A stretch of 64,000 nt of DNA, taken from NCBI GenBank assembly GCA_013239625.1, contig MU053594.1, positions 1,024,536 through 1,088,535 on the forward strand. The letters run 5' to 3'. Under the pieces are notes generated by a model. That model saw only the letters and a list, made by a program, of their open reading frames with translations. It did no database searches and was not told where the DNA came from. Origin of the DNA: Lama guanicoe. Its lineage: Eukaryota. This document shows, piece after piece, positions 1-12,380 of this stretch (position 1 is the first letter of the stretch; each line of letters starts with the position of its first letter). Both the position numbers and the translations under genes were made by a program.

Positions 1-475
1 TGTCAAGTTCATGAAGATAAGCAGAATCTCCTCTTTCACAGCAGCTAATTTGTGTGGGGTCTTTTTATTTTTTCATGAATGTCATACTGTCTAAGTATCA
101 TGGCTACAGTCCCCTGAATGTGAAAATGGTACACTGCTTAAGTCAAATTATATGATGCAAGAAATCGCCAAAGCCAGCGCCGCCCCACCAGCCATCCCAT
201 GTAAGAGTCTGCACTGACTTTGAGCTCCTGGAGCGGCACAGAGCCAAGTTTTGGGAAAGGTATGTTTGTCTTATCACTTGATGAAGCATTTTGTCTGCTT
301 CCGTCTGTTTCACTTTTGATGACCAAAAAAACCCACTAGTTCAGCTTTCTGCCATGTTTGCAGCCCATCAGAAGTTCTGCTCACAAGCACACAGCTACTC
401 TCAAATCCAATTCACCATAGCACAAAAGTGACAAAGATCACGGTGTTGGTTCTTTTGTGACAACGACTTACTTAC

Positions 476-496
476 TTTTACAACTGGGAATGTCGC
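476..496 (-). other. Candidate 21-nt microexon of the minus-strand host gene
   Basis: Minus strand reads cctctatttctcttttccttttttaagcccacag|GCGACATTCCCAGTTGTAAAA|gtaagtaagt: long pyrimidine tract, CAG acceptor and consensus GTAAGT donor. Confidence 0.55.
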
Positions 497-1005
497 CTGT
501 GGGCTTAAAAAAGGAAAAGAGAAATAGAGGTTTTAAAACCATAGAAATGTGCGAGATAATGATTAAAAGTAATAACCACCTGAAAGTACTGAGGACTGAG
601 ACAGACATGGAATTCATTGTCCCTGAGGGTCCCCACAAGCAGCTGATAGTGACAGACTCCCCTGGCCACAATTCTTGACTCCACAGTGAACAGCTATAGT
701 CAATCAAGAAAGCAGAGGCTGTTTCTTTAAAATATGGGTTTTATTCTGGGGAGATGCAAATGAGGCTGACTTTGATAATTCCTGTGTGTGAAAACACGTG
801 CAAGAAGTGCAGAGAGTCATTCATCTCAGAATGACAGTTTACAAACCAATTATGCAAAGTCAGAAGGAAAACAGCCAGAATTTTTGGAAACCAAAAAGGG
901 ACGTGTATTGGCCAGGAACAACGTGACATAAAGCTCAGTCAAGCAAACAAAGAAAAGATTGCCTTCAAGATTGGTTACAGAATCTCTTTAGAAGGAATAA
1001 CTCAC

Positions 1006-1031
1006 ATGTTGAAAGACAATCTGTTGAAGCT
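1006..1031 (-). other. Candidate small exon (26 nt, or 15 nt using the internal CAG)
   Basis: Minus strand: U-rich tract ...ccacatctccaatctag|AGCTTCAACAGATTGTCTTTCAACAT|gtgagt. Confidence 0.3.
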
Positions 1032-1239
1032 CTAGATTGGAGATGTGGTCAAAATAGTTTCAGGGAAAAAAATAGAAAAAAAAAACCCAACTTGAAAAAA
1101 GGCATCATTGTTGAATGGCACTGTTAAAGGACATAGTTTAATGTGCTTGAAAGAATTACCTAACTTCCATATTCAAGATGAAAGTCTATAAAATGAGCCT
1201 CCAGTTCCTATCCCAACACTGCAATCAAGCCATCACTTG

Positions 1240-2340
1240 TCCCCCAACCCCTCTAGACGGTGTGAGGATGGTTCCGGAGAAACTGGGTTGGTGACACCAG
1301 TAGGAATGGAGATCTGCACCAGGAGGTTCAGTGAGTGAGGTCTCTTTCTCCTAATCCCCTTCCTCCCACCCAGACCCAGGATGCCGGAGCAAAGCTTCCA
1401 CCCCCATATCCTCGGGGCAGAAGACTGACGATCCTCTCCAGGAAAAACGCAACCGCCCTGGAGACAAGCTCTACAGACGTGAGAAGTCCAGCTGTAACCT
1501 ATCACCTAGAGTGAAGCCCTTCATTCAGTAAGTCTCAGCATCCACACAGGGTCCCTGCAGGCTTGTGGTAGGCACCTCATCTGATTATGAATGGGGAGCC
1601 AGGGATCATCAGAAACTTGGGGAAAACCTCTAACACGAAAGGGAAAAGCGAAGTCTACTCACAGGAGAAAAGATGCCTGATAAATGGAGATCATGTAGGA
1701 AGCAGAACAAAATGGAACAGAAACAATAATTAGAACCCCTGGAAATAAAACAGATAATACATTCATAACATAACTGGAGGGAGGGCAACACTGAGAAAGA
1801 GCTCTTAGAAACTAAAAGACACAATAGCAACAATTGAGACCAATCAGTAGTGGAGTCGGAAGAAATCTCTTCGAATGCAGAAAGGAATGACAGAAAGATA
1901 AGCAATAAATAAGAAAATATAAGAAAATTGGGAGGTGTTACCCAGGAGGCCCAAAATCTGAATAACAAGAATTTTTTTTTTAAAAAAAGGACAGAGACAG
2001 AAAGAAGAGAGTGAAAAACAGAGAGAGAGAGAGAAAAATTATCCTAGAATCAAAACAAGAAAATTTCACAGAATTGAGAGTCTTGAGTTTCAGAATACAA
2101 GGGCCCCACTAAGAGTCTAACACAATAAATGCAAAGATCCCAGGGCAAGCCAGAAAATTATGGAATTTCAGAATACTGGGGGTGGAAACAAGATATTAAC
2201 CGCCCCTCTCAAAGGAAAACTGGGCAGACACAGAAAACCAGGAATCAGAAGCCTCTGGACTTCCTGACAGTGATACTGGAGGCCTCAGAACAAAAAAATA
2301 ATGCCTCCAAAATTGCAAGTGAAATTTTTCTTCCTAGAAT
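1240..2340 (+). mobile_element. Ancient L1ME/HAL1-like ORF1-region remnant
   Basis: A-rich degenerate ORF1-type sequence (aagagctcttagaaa; caagaaaatttcacagaattgaga; ttcctagaattct). The motif aagagctcttagaaa recurs at ~34540. Boundaries approximate. Confidence 0.55.
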
Positions 2341-2363
2341 TCTCAAATGATCCTCATTTTAGT

Positions 2364-2401
2364 GAAGGAAGGAAGGAAGGAAGGAAGGAAGGAAGGAAGG
2401 A

Positions 2402-2457
<56 letters not shown>

Positions 2458-2461
2458 ACGA

Positions 2462-2501
<40 letters not shown>

Positions 2502-2564
2502 AAAAAGAAAGAAAAAGAAAGAAAGAAAGAAAAAGAAAGAAAGAAAGAAAGAAAGAAAGAAGGA

Positions 2565-2600
<36 letters not shown>

Positions 2601-2645
2601 GAGAAAGAGAGAGAGAAAGAGAAAGAGAAAGAGAAGAAAAGAAAG
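2364..2645 (+). repeat. Compound (GGAA)n/(GAAA)n/(GA)-rich microsatellite
   Basis: Directly visible ~280 bp almost pure purine tract. Confidence 0.98.
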
Positions 2646-4544
2646 ACAAGCATATATATATACTTGTGTGTAAGTACATACAGCAAAAGAAAAAGACAGG
2701 CATAAATTAAAATGTTCAAAAAAAAAGGGAGAAAAAAGTAATTGTTAAAGAGCTGGTTAGATATTAAAACTCATCCCATTGTTTCTCTCGTGGCCGGAAG
2801 AAAGCATACACACTGAGAGCTGTCATCTCATTATCTCTTGGGTGTATTTACAATGAAGATGTCTCTGAAGACATTTATCCTCAGAATTCTTTAGGTAAAA
2901 CCACCTGGTGAAGAAATCTTAAATAAGGTGTATAAGCTTTCTGCTAGGCTGGTACTGACACATACTGATATGTAGGCAAATTTGGATAAATTTATGAAAA
3001 GAAAACCTTTTTATGACCATCAGTCACTATCATTTAGTCCTTGATGAGTCTGACACCCAATCAGCTCAGCATATTCAAAGGAACAGTTAAAATTATTTTT
3101 AATATATATGTATTACAAGCTGAATACTCCTACAGCAAATCTGTAATGCCCAGGTAAGTGGCTTTTATGTTGGCTTGGCAAGAAGGCAACCGGTCGAACT
3201 TTTCAATGTAGGTTTAATTCTTATTTTTCCTCATGGGGAAAAGAATCCTATGTTCATTAAAATATCTGGATAAGCTGAATGAATTCACTCTTCATCCTAA
3301 TGAGACAGTGGTTCACAGAGTTGGCTACTTGAACAGATTTAAAGCCAAGCAACAATTGAAACATAAAAAACAGCGACCAAGCTGAATGATTTTGCCACAC
3401 ATGACAAGACAGCCGCAATTATAATGAAGTTTGAAAGCACGATGAAAAGTAACGGATCAAGAGGACTAAGAATTACTTGGGACGTTTAGTTGATTCACAC
3501 GTGGTAAAAATGAAAACATTAATGACAAAATTTAAAACATGATCATCAATAATCTCTTGGCTTTAAGAGTCCTTTGTTCCCTTAAGCCAGAGAGAGAGAC
3601 AAAGAAAAAACTATCAATGGACCAGAGATGCTTTGAATAATGACTTTATCCCTTTAACAAGAAGAGGTATGTCTTCAACACTGTGTCCCACCACCCTCTT
3701 CAGCAATATTTTAAGCTTCCAAATGATTATGAAGCTTCTAGTTGTGTGTAATGGGTGCTAGAAACCAAGACCAAAGGAAAGGCCTAGACCATGAAGCTGA
3801 TTTTTGACATCGCCTCTCTTCAATTCAACCCAATTGTCCAAAATCGGTGCAATTCAATTAAATGGCATCTTTCTGTTTAACTAAGACCTGCCGGAAGCAC
3901 TTTTGTTTTTGCTTTTGTTTTCTGATTGGTAATTAACTTAAAATACTAACTTATTACTAAAAGGATCAGGTAAATGTCATAAAGTGTAAGCCACAATTTG
4001 CCTAAGCATTTAAGGTAAAACACAAGACTTCAAAGAAATCCCACTTGACCTTCCCCCCATCTCAGGAGCCCTCCAGGTGTTTGCATTTACACCCTCTGCT
4101 GCGGGGGACTCAGCTCGAAGGTGGTTCGAAATATGAAATTCCCCCATAACGTACCTTCCTCTTCCTCTATCATCTCCATCCTTACCCCAACAAATGCAGG
4201 ACACAGAAAAGTAGAATATAAATGACTTGGTCAAAGACCCTTCAAACATTCATTGCTCAAAAAAGGAGCATTTAACTTTTTTCTTCTTCAGAACACAGAT
4301 TATAACTTCCCTCACCAAGTTATTCATCATTCCTATATTCATTAAATAAAAATGTACTGCCAGCTTAATATAGGCCCCAGTGTGTGACATCTTATTTTCA
4401 GAGGCTCTTGTATCCTCTGAATGCTCCCTAGAACAGAGCAGGTAAACTCCATCCTTTCTTCATTCATTTATTCAACAAATATTTATTGACTACCTTTGCA
4501 GAGAACAATGGTTATCTGCCTGCTCAGTATCTCAGAGGGAACAA

Positions 4545-5005
4545 CTGCTCCCCCATTATTAGTTCGTGGGTTTCAGGGGAGGCTGACCCCTCCCACTTCC
4601 AGCCATCCCTACAGGGACGCCATCTCCCTAGCTTAGTCATTGTTTCAGAAATGGGCATTTGACCCAAACCAAGCTAATGAGGGTCCCCCCCACCACCCAG
4701 GGCTTTTGTTGGGACAGTTAGAAGGAGACAACCCCTTATTTCTGGGCTCGGTAGTCTAGAGCTGCTGGTTGCTCTAATTGCCTCCCCACGGAGAGAGTCT
4801 GCCTGGGAAAGAAGCCAACGCAGAGGGAAGCACAGAGGAAAGATGGAAAGAAAGGAAGTCTGGCCGACATCACCCCCCCACCTGTACCCAGGCACGTCTG
4901 AAGTTCGGCACTTCATCACTGGATTTTTTATTATATGAGCCAACGAAGTCTGCTTTATGTTTATACCGGTCTGAGTTATGTTTCTGTCACTTACAACCGA
5001 AGGAT
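4545..5005. mobile_element. MLT1-family (ERVL-MaLR) solo LTR remnant
   Basis: Typical MLT1 motifs: ggaggctgacccc, aaatgggcatttgacccaa, and terminal tatgagccaa...tttctgtcacttacaacc. Confidence 0.65.
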
Positions 5006-5149
5006 GACTATTGCACCTAGCCCAGGGCCGGGCCCCCTGCCAGCCCGTGGGACTATGACAGCAAATGAGACAGGTGAGTCGGTATCCATGTGGCTTCCAC
5101 AACTAAAGAACGAATGGGGACATCAGAATGTCCAATTAAGTCTAGCCAC

Positions 5150-5310
5150 ACCCGAGTCCAGGTCCGAGACGTGCTATGTGCTGGATACGTCACCTTGGAC
5201 AGTCCCCATCTAAAACAAACAGGCATAACGACCTCACTGGCTTGTCTTAAGAATTACATGAGATTCCAGATGTACATCACTTGGCTCAGTCACTAGCACG
5301 AATAAATTGT
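5150..5310 (+). mobile_element. MIR SINE remnant
   Basis: gtcaccttggacagtc...catctaaaacaaacaggcataacgacctcac...aagaattacatgaga resembles the MIR core. Confidence 0.5.
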
Positions 5311-5855
5311 CCAATAGCATGACTATTATTAGTAAGGGAACCATAACTGAATTTTACAGCCGCTATTCCTTGTCATTTGAGCAGAGAATTCAGTCCTCCT
5401 ACGTACCATTCTTCCTTGCACCGGAGCAAACATCCCCAGAATAACATCTGTGCTCCAGGAAACACTGCTCTTCATCAGCCAGGAGCCTACGTGCTGGCTG
5501 GCTACAGCGTCTGCGTGGGGTGTGCCCTGCCACAGCGAGGTTGTCACTCCAGACCCAGGAGGACATCCAGGGCAGGGCACTGTTTTCTCTTATTGCCCGG
5601 CCAGACGAAAGATGTGCCAGGCCACGTGGGCGTGGGCACGTGTGTGCACACACACACGCACACATACAGAGGATGGCTGCTGTAAAAAGGAACCAAAGGA
5701 CTCACATATTCTCTCACCTCTACGTGACCTTTCAGAGAATTTCTATTTTTGGATTTAGGGCAGCCTGTTTTGTGACTTCAGGCTACAGACCTGGGAAGAT
5801 TCCTTCTTTCCTATAATTACAAGCTAAGTGCCTACATCCTGTGGAGGAGGGTACT

Positions 5856-5985
5856 ACTATATATATCTACATATACACACATATATTTATTTGTATTTAA
5901 GATATTATAATATGATATATATTATATGTGTGTATGTATATATAATATATGTAAATATGTGTGGATGTATGTGGATGTATATGGA
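5856..5985. repeat. (TA)/(TG)-rich low-complexity tract
   Basis: Directly visible. Confidence 0.85.
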
Positions 5986-6036
5986 ATCTACAGGGCTGGT
6001 CCCCAACACCTAAGAGCTTGAAAGAAAAGCAGTTTT

Positions 6037-6549
6037 GATACATGCACCCCAATGTTCATAGCAGCACTATTTACAATAGCCAAGACATGGAAGCAACCTA
6101 AATGTTCACTGACAGATTTTTGGTTAAAGAAGTTGTGATATATATGTGTGTGTGTGTATGTATGTATATATATAAAGTAAGCCAGAAAGAGAAAGAAAAA
6201 TACCATATGATATCACTCACATGTGGAATCTTTAAAAAGGACACAAATGAACTTTTCTACGAAACAAGCAGACTCAGAGACATGCAGAACAAACTTATGG
6301 TTACCAGAGGGAAAGGGAGTGAGAAGGGATAAACTGGGAGTTGGAGATTTTCAGATACTAACTACTATATATAAAACAGATAACAAGCTGCTTCTGTACA
6401 GCACTGGGAACCATATTCGGTATCTTGTAGTAACCTATAATGAAAAAGAAAATGAAAACAAATATATGCATGTATATGCATGACTGAAACATTATGCTGT
6501 ACACCAGACATTGACGCAACATTGTAAACCAACTATACTTCAATTCAAA
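6037..6549 (+). mobile_element. 5'-truncated L1 (ORF2 end plus 3'UTR) with 12-bp TSD
   Basis: cccaatgttcatagcagcactatttacaatagccaagacatgg (L1 ORF2 end). TSD aaaagcagtttt at 6025-6036 and 6550-6561. Confidence 0.92.
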
Positions 6550-7084
6550 AAAAGCAGTTTTAAAAAACTAACCACTAGAACACAACCTTCCTCTTGTAGC
6601 AACTTTGACCAACCTTCCTGGAACAGAGTGTTAACCATGCAACACTCCAAGGTCCATCAGGGCAACACCCACACTAACACCTAGGTGACAACTGTACCTC
6701 GGGAAGGCTGCATTTGAACTCATGTGGTCATGGCTTAAACTCCCGCAACCTGAATTCACCGTATTTTATTACATCGTCATACAATCTGCAACTAGTTATC
6801 TGCACTGCCTGTCCTCATGTGACCGTGTTTGGCTTGGGATGACGACATCATAATAAAACTAATAATACTTCTGACAATCACTGCCACCACTCACTGTGCT
6901 TCTTATGTGCCAGAGCCTGGAAAAGAGGACGATCATATTCTAATATTACTTACTGTACAGCTCCGTCCTCTCTCCATTCCTAGCACTTACCTCGATGGTA
7001 GCTGTAGCATTTGTGTGATTATCTGTTATAGCGTCTGGCTCTCCCACTAAACCATGAGCTCCAATAGATGGAGAACTGTATCTT

Positions 7085-7290
7085 TTTCTTTTTTTTTTTC
7101 TAATTGAAGTATAGTCAGTTACAATGTATCAATTTCTAGTGTACAGCACAATGTTTCAGTCATGCATATACATATATTCCTTTTCATACTCTTTTTCATC
7201 ATAGGTTATTACAAGGTATTGAATATAGTTCCCTGTGCCCTACAGAAGAAATCTGTTTTTTTAAATCTATTTTTACACATAGTGGTTAAC
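7085..7290 (-). mobile_element. L1 3' tail inserted into an L2 3' end (L2 spans ~6990-7390)
   Basis: Poly-T then aattgaagtatagtcagttacaatg (reverse L1 terminus). Flanks are L2-like (cagcacagtgcctggcaca...tgctgaatgaat). Confidence 0.8.
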
Positions 7291-10266
7291 ATTTGCTGGC
7301 GTACTCACGCCTTAAATCCCAGCCCCCAGCACAGTGCCTGGCACACAGCAGAGACTCAGTGAACATTTGCTGAATGAATAAATAAATGAATGTGCAGATA
7401 GTGACACTGAGCTTAAAAAGAAATAGATTGGGTCACACAGCTATTCAACTAGTGGCAGAATGTCAACCTGCAGTGTCCAAACTCTTCCTTCTGTGTAACA
7501 ACGCTTCTTATTTATCTGAGTCGTCAGTAATTCGAATTTATTTTATAATAGAAAGTGAACCAAGGTAACCAACTACTATCATGTCAAGTGGTGTTTTAAT
7601 TTAAATAAGCTTTTTTATTCATATTCTGGTGTTTTAATTTAAATCAACTTTCTTCTCATAGTGAGCAAGACAAAGGTGAAAGTACAAACGAATACACAAT
7701 TTGCAATACAGTTCTAAAGCTCCCAAACCTCCGCTAGGGTCTAAAGAGGGACACAGCTGCTTGTGACAGGGACATTTTCTCAGGGGAAACACTGCCCGAA
7801 TGTGATTACCTGGAAATGACATCATGATTTATAACACAATATTCTGAATTCTAAAGCTGTAATTTATAATGAATCAGGCAATATCCATATGGGACCTGGT
7901 TTCCTCTTAATTGGGGTTATCTGCATCATTTACTTTCTTCTAATTTTTTATTTAAAAAAAAAAACTCTCCTGCAAAACATGAAATGCAGACAGACTCAAA
8001 AAATCTCAGTAATTAAAAAATGAATACCCAGAGAGTTAAAAAGAAAAAAAGACAGAACAAAGAATAATATATTACAGAGTTTTCCCCCCTGGATTCTCTA
8101 CAAATGTATAACGTATATTGTAGATATTCCAGAAAACATGATCTTTTTTTTAAACTTTGTTGCTACATTTTTGTCGCACTTTTTTTTCCCCTTTTAAACA
8201 ATATGAAATAAAAATTACCAATATGGGCAACAGGCACAGCTACAAAATGAAGAAACTCTAAGTTTTACTTGCAGTAGTACAGTTTTCACTTAGAGGATTT
8301 CAAGTCTTTTGATGGATCCTTTTTGCTACAAATATTACACAACATAAATATTCCATAAAATATCAGAAAAAAGGCTAATTAATCACCCTGTATATTTTTA
8401 AATCCCTGCCCCAATTTTTAATGTCTGTTTCATACCAACCTAATGGTTCACCCCAAATGTACCCTTTGAAGGAAGTACCAGTGGGTGTAGGATCTAATCT
8501 GTAGTTCAATTAGGACCTGAAATGAAGGGAGTTTATTTCTGTTTTTATTTCTGGCTCAGCCCAACAAGAATGAAATTATGATGTTATGTGTTATTGAAGT
8601 GGAAAGAAACCCACTTAGCTTAGTCTTTTAAATGTGATTTCATTTGGCAGACGCCAAATACTCAAAGGCATTCTAACTGACGCTGGATCAGCCCTCGGAA
8701 AGTGAAGTCCTAGATGAGATATCGAAAAAGAGACCCGGGCGCACACACCCCAGGGGCATGAAGGGCCCTCCGAACCAGCTGTAAGGATGGAGCAGGTACT
8801 CATTTTGAGCTTTTGGCTAAAACGTGGTACTTAAGCTTGCAGAAAATAAAAGCACCTTAGTGTGGAGAGATGCTTGGGAAGTAACAGCCTGTATTCTAAT
8901 GGGCAACAAACGAGCAGAAGCAGAACAAAGGGACCAGGAGCTGGGTTAGGGGAGGGAGGTGGGGCAAATATTTGGAGAATTAGCGATCAAGTACTCCATT
9001 TGTATTTGGGATTTTCCCCCCCTTTTTTTCTAACTGGGATTCACCAAAATGTATTAGTTAAACATAAAGGTTAAATATTTATGCTCTTAAATCAATAATG
9101 AAAAAATATAAAAATCAGATGAACTGAGCAGGGATCCCCATTTCTCTCCCATCCATCTTTAAAGAAATCTAATTGCCTGCAGGGCTCTTAATCAGATGCC
9201 ACCTCATGTTGGTTTCAAGTCCTACAGGTATGTGCCTGGGCCAATTAGCCAAGGCTCAGCAGAATTCACTCTGCGATTTCAACCTCTTTTATGATGAAAA
9301 CATCACGTGGCACTGTGACAAGAGCCTGGATGCTGAATCAGATGGGAAAGGCGGCTCTCTAAGCCTCAAACTCGTCACAGCCGGTCCAAGCCAACTCCAC
9401 TCCATCCAACGATCCAGGGCTCAGTGGTGAACTCGAACCCTGGCTCTGCTCTCTGCCGAGCACCCAGACTGGCACTACCTTGTCCATGACACACCGCCTA
9501 AGGTTAGGCAGCCGAGCCCACCTCTTAGCAAAATGTGGGGAAGGATCTAGAAAGAAAAAATCTTAAATAGGAAAATAATCATTTTTTTATTCACAAAGCT
9601 ACACTGTTTAAGACCTGAGTCACCAATTAGCTACAACCAAAATATACTGCGTTAGACCTGAAAATAATCTTTGAGGGAATAACTCCTTTATTACTTAATT
9701 TAATTATAGTTCTTAGGCGAAACATTCCAGGAATGAGCAGCCCTAAATAATTCTTCTATGTCTTAACTCCCTTTTGACTCATTCATTTACTTGCCACTTA
9801 TTTTCCAGCCACAAAGAGAGAGAGAGAAAAGAAAGTGAGGGGAAAAAAAGCTTACATATATTTACATATATCTTAATATCTAATCAACTAAGCCATATTT
9901 TTCAGGTAAAAAAGTCTACTTTTTTCTAGCCCTGAATTCTGCTGACTTTATCACTTAGATCTTTATAGGAAAACTGAAAAAGAATGGGCAATGTACCAAC
10001 AGCAGTTTTACCAAAGAATGCAAAAACATTTCTTTATGTAACCATTTCACATGGCCTCATTAACCTCTCTTTGAAAATCCACCCCCTATAAACAAAGAAG
10101 ACATGACAAGGCCTATAAATCTGTTTTTGTGCTGAATTAATACACTATGGAATTAATTAATGTTCCTTCATTTCAATTATCATGAGTTTTTACGTTTGAC
10201 GTTGGTGGAAATAAAGTAGCCTTTCAATTCTGAAGCTGTTTGCTCAGATAACACTGGTTCCCTCAC

Positions 10267-10400
10267 CTGGTCAGTGTTCTTTAACATTCACAGCCTAATA
10301 TGCTAATTACCCTTTTTTTCCTGATTAATTTCCGCATAAATAGAGGAGGCCCAGGAAAGGGTGCGGAAGTGCCTGGTTCATCCTCCCGCCCCAGCTCTAG
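10267..10400 (-). promoter_or_regulatory. Candidate intronic alternative promoter and first exon
   Basis: GC box (cccgcccc, 10385-10392) and ETS site (cggaagtg, 10364-10371), followed on the minus strand by a strong donor CAG|gtgagg at 10267/10266. Confidence 0.35.
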
Positions 10401-10525
10401 CTCTGACCGAAGTTTCTCCTGCCCACTCCCCTGCAGCTGAAACCTGTGCTGTGTCTCTTTCTTGAGAGAGATTGCTCTCGGGTAGCTGATATGATTACAA
10501 ATCAAGCTGATGAAATGATCCTTAC

Positions 10526-10607
10526 CATGGGATTTGCTGCTAAAAACTTGACCTGTGTTATTACCCTTATCAGCAATGTCTGCAATGTAGTTGGAAGAAT
10601 CTGCTCT
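10526..10607 (-). other. Candidate 82-nt exon ending in ATG
   Basis: cacagcacttttccag|AGAGCAG...AAATCCCATG|gtaagg. Confidence 0.25.
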
Positions 10608-12380
10608 CTGGAAAAGTGCTGTGTGATGAGCAGGGTTAGAAATGAGAGGGGGGCATCCTCAAAAGATACTATATAATTGAAACTGGCTAAGAGGGTAGGT
10701 CCTAAGGTACCCTGGGAAGTGACGGATATGTTAATTAGCTTGATTGCAATGATTCTTTCACAATGTATACGTGTATCAAACCATCAAGGTGCACATCTTC
10801 AAGATATGCGACGTTCAGAAAGATAAACAGAATAATCTTCCACATTCAAACCTTTTCAGCACAACGAAAGGATTCCGAACTGTAAGCGCTCCGTTCTGTA
10901 TGTAAACACAAATGGCAAATCACCAGAGGAGATTTACCAGACTCCACACTGCTCAGCCCAGTCATTCTGGAGACCAAAATCTCTGCATGACTAAGAGATG
11001 TAAAACAGAAGACCTAATAATCTCACTTTGAGGATATATTCTAAGCAAATAATCCCCAAAGCAAAATAACCTTTTGTATAGAGATGCCTATGTCAACACC
11101 ATTTTATAATAGCAAACAATTAAAAACACACCAATTTGTAATGATTTGTAATGACAGGAGAAATGTTAAGTATATTACAACATATCTTTATCATTGTTAA
11201 AAAACATTATGTAAAAAGTTTCACTTAATGCAAGATGACCTAATTCTGGAGATCTGCTCTACACCACTGTGCCACAGTTACACTGTACACTGTGTACACT
11301 GAAGAATATGCGAAGAGGGCACATACCACCTTTAGTGTTCTTGCCACATTAAAAAAAGAATGCTACATATGTAAGCAGATAGTTATATAAATTATACGGA
11401 AAATAATATTCAGTTGGAAAAGTAAATCATCTATGCACTGTTCATACTTATACAAAGTGTACACACATGGATAAAAACTGGATGTAAATTTAAAGAAATT
11501 TAAAGTTGAGATTTCAATTCATTATATTCCCTTTTTTTCCTACCAAACTGATTAAGTGTATAATGACATTTTTTTCCAAAAAATATCAAGATAGTGGACA
11601 AAGGGGAAGAGGAAAGGACCTCAAGGAGTTCCGACTTGCACAAAGAAAGCCTGGTTCTCACTTGGATGATAACTCAGTGTCCGGGCCCTTCTGGCGGTCA
11701 AGCTCCACCAGGCTTCCAACCTGTCAGGCAGCACTGATTGATCGCTTCACTAGAAGTAGCCAAACAGAACCAGATCAGGGTCAGTAGATTTTCACCACTG
11801 GGGCCAGGTAACATTTATATTTGAGATATGTCCAAAGATCACGGTAGCTTCAGGCCCCTACATTTCCCTAATGCTATGTCTACACTAGCCAAATAAATCT
11901 GAGAATCATCATATACGTGCAAACTTATCCCATCTCTATTTAAGGTTCATGTATTACAAAATCATTCCCTCTTCATTTAAAGTACAAAAATAGATGACAG
12001 TAAGATACTAATTAGTGCCTTAATCCCTGCTCAAAATAGCACGGCTTAAAAAACAATTCTGGCAGATCCTACATTATAATATCAACAAAAACTCAAACGT
12101 GCACAGCACTTCACAGTATGCAAAATGCTGTTGTGAACACTCCTTACGTTAGTTAAAATTCAGCTTAGCTTATATTAAGATGGAGTGTCAAGTTCTGGCA
12201 GCTTTCTAATTGCAAGGAAAACTAGGCAATTAGAGGAAGTCTATTTAGGGGAGCTCCTTCTTAGACAGCTATGATGTGGAAAATGAAATTAATTAAAGCC
12301 AGCCAGTCTTTTAACCCAAACTTAGGTAGGAGGGCATCATATTCACCACAAAACTTCATTATACTTCAGAGGTCTTTTTT

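Noticed and set aside
138..326. 62-aa minus-strand ORF with protein-like composition
   Set aside because: No convincing flanking splice sites and no protein I recognise. The region may still be conserved non-coding or an alternative exon running off the window.
2301..2719. Lys/Glu/Arg-rich and Phe/Leu/Ser-rich ORFs
   Set aside because: Translations of the GAAA microsatellite.
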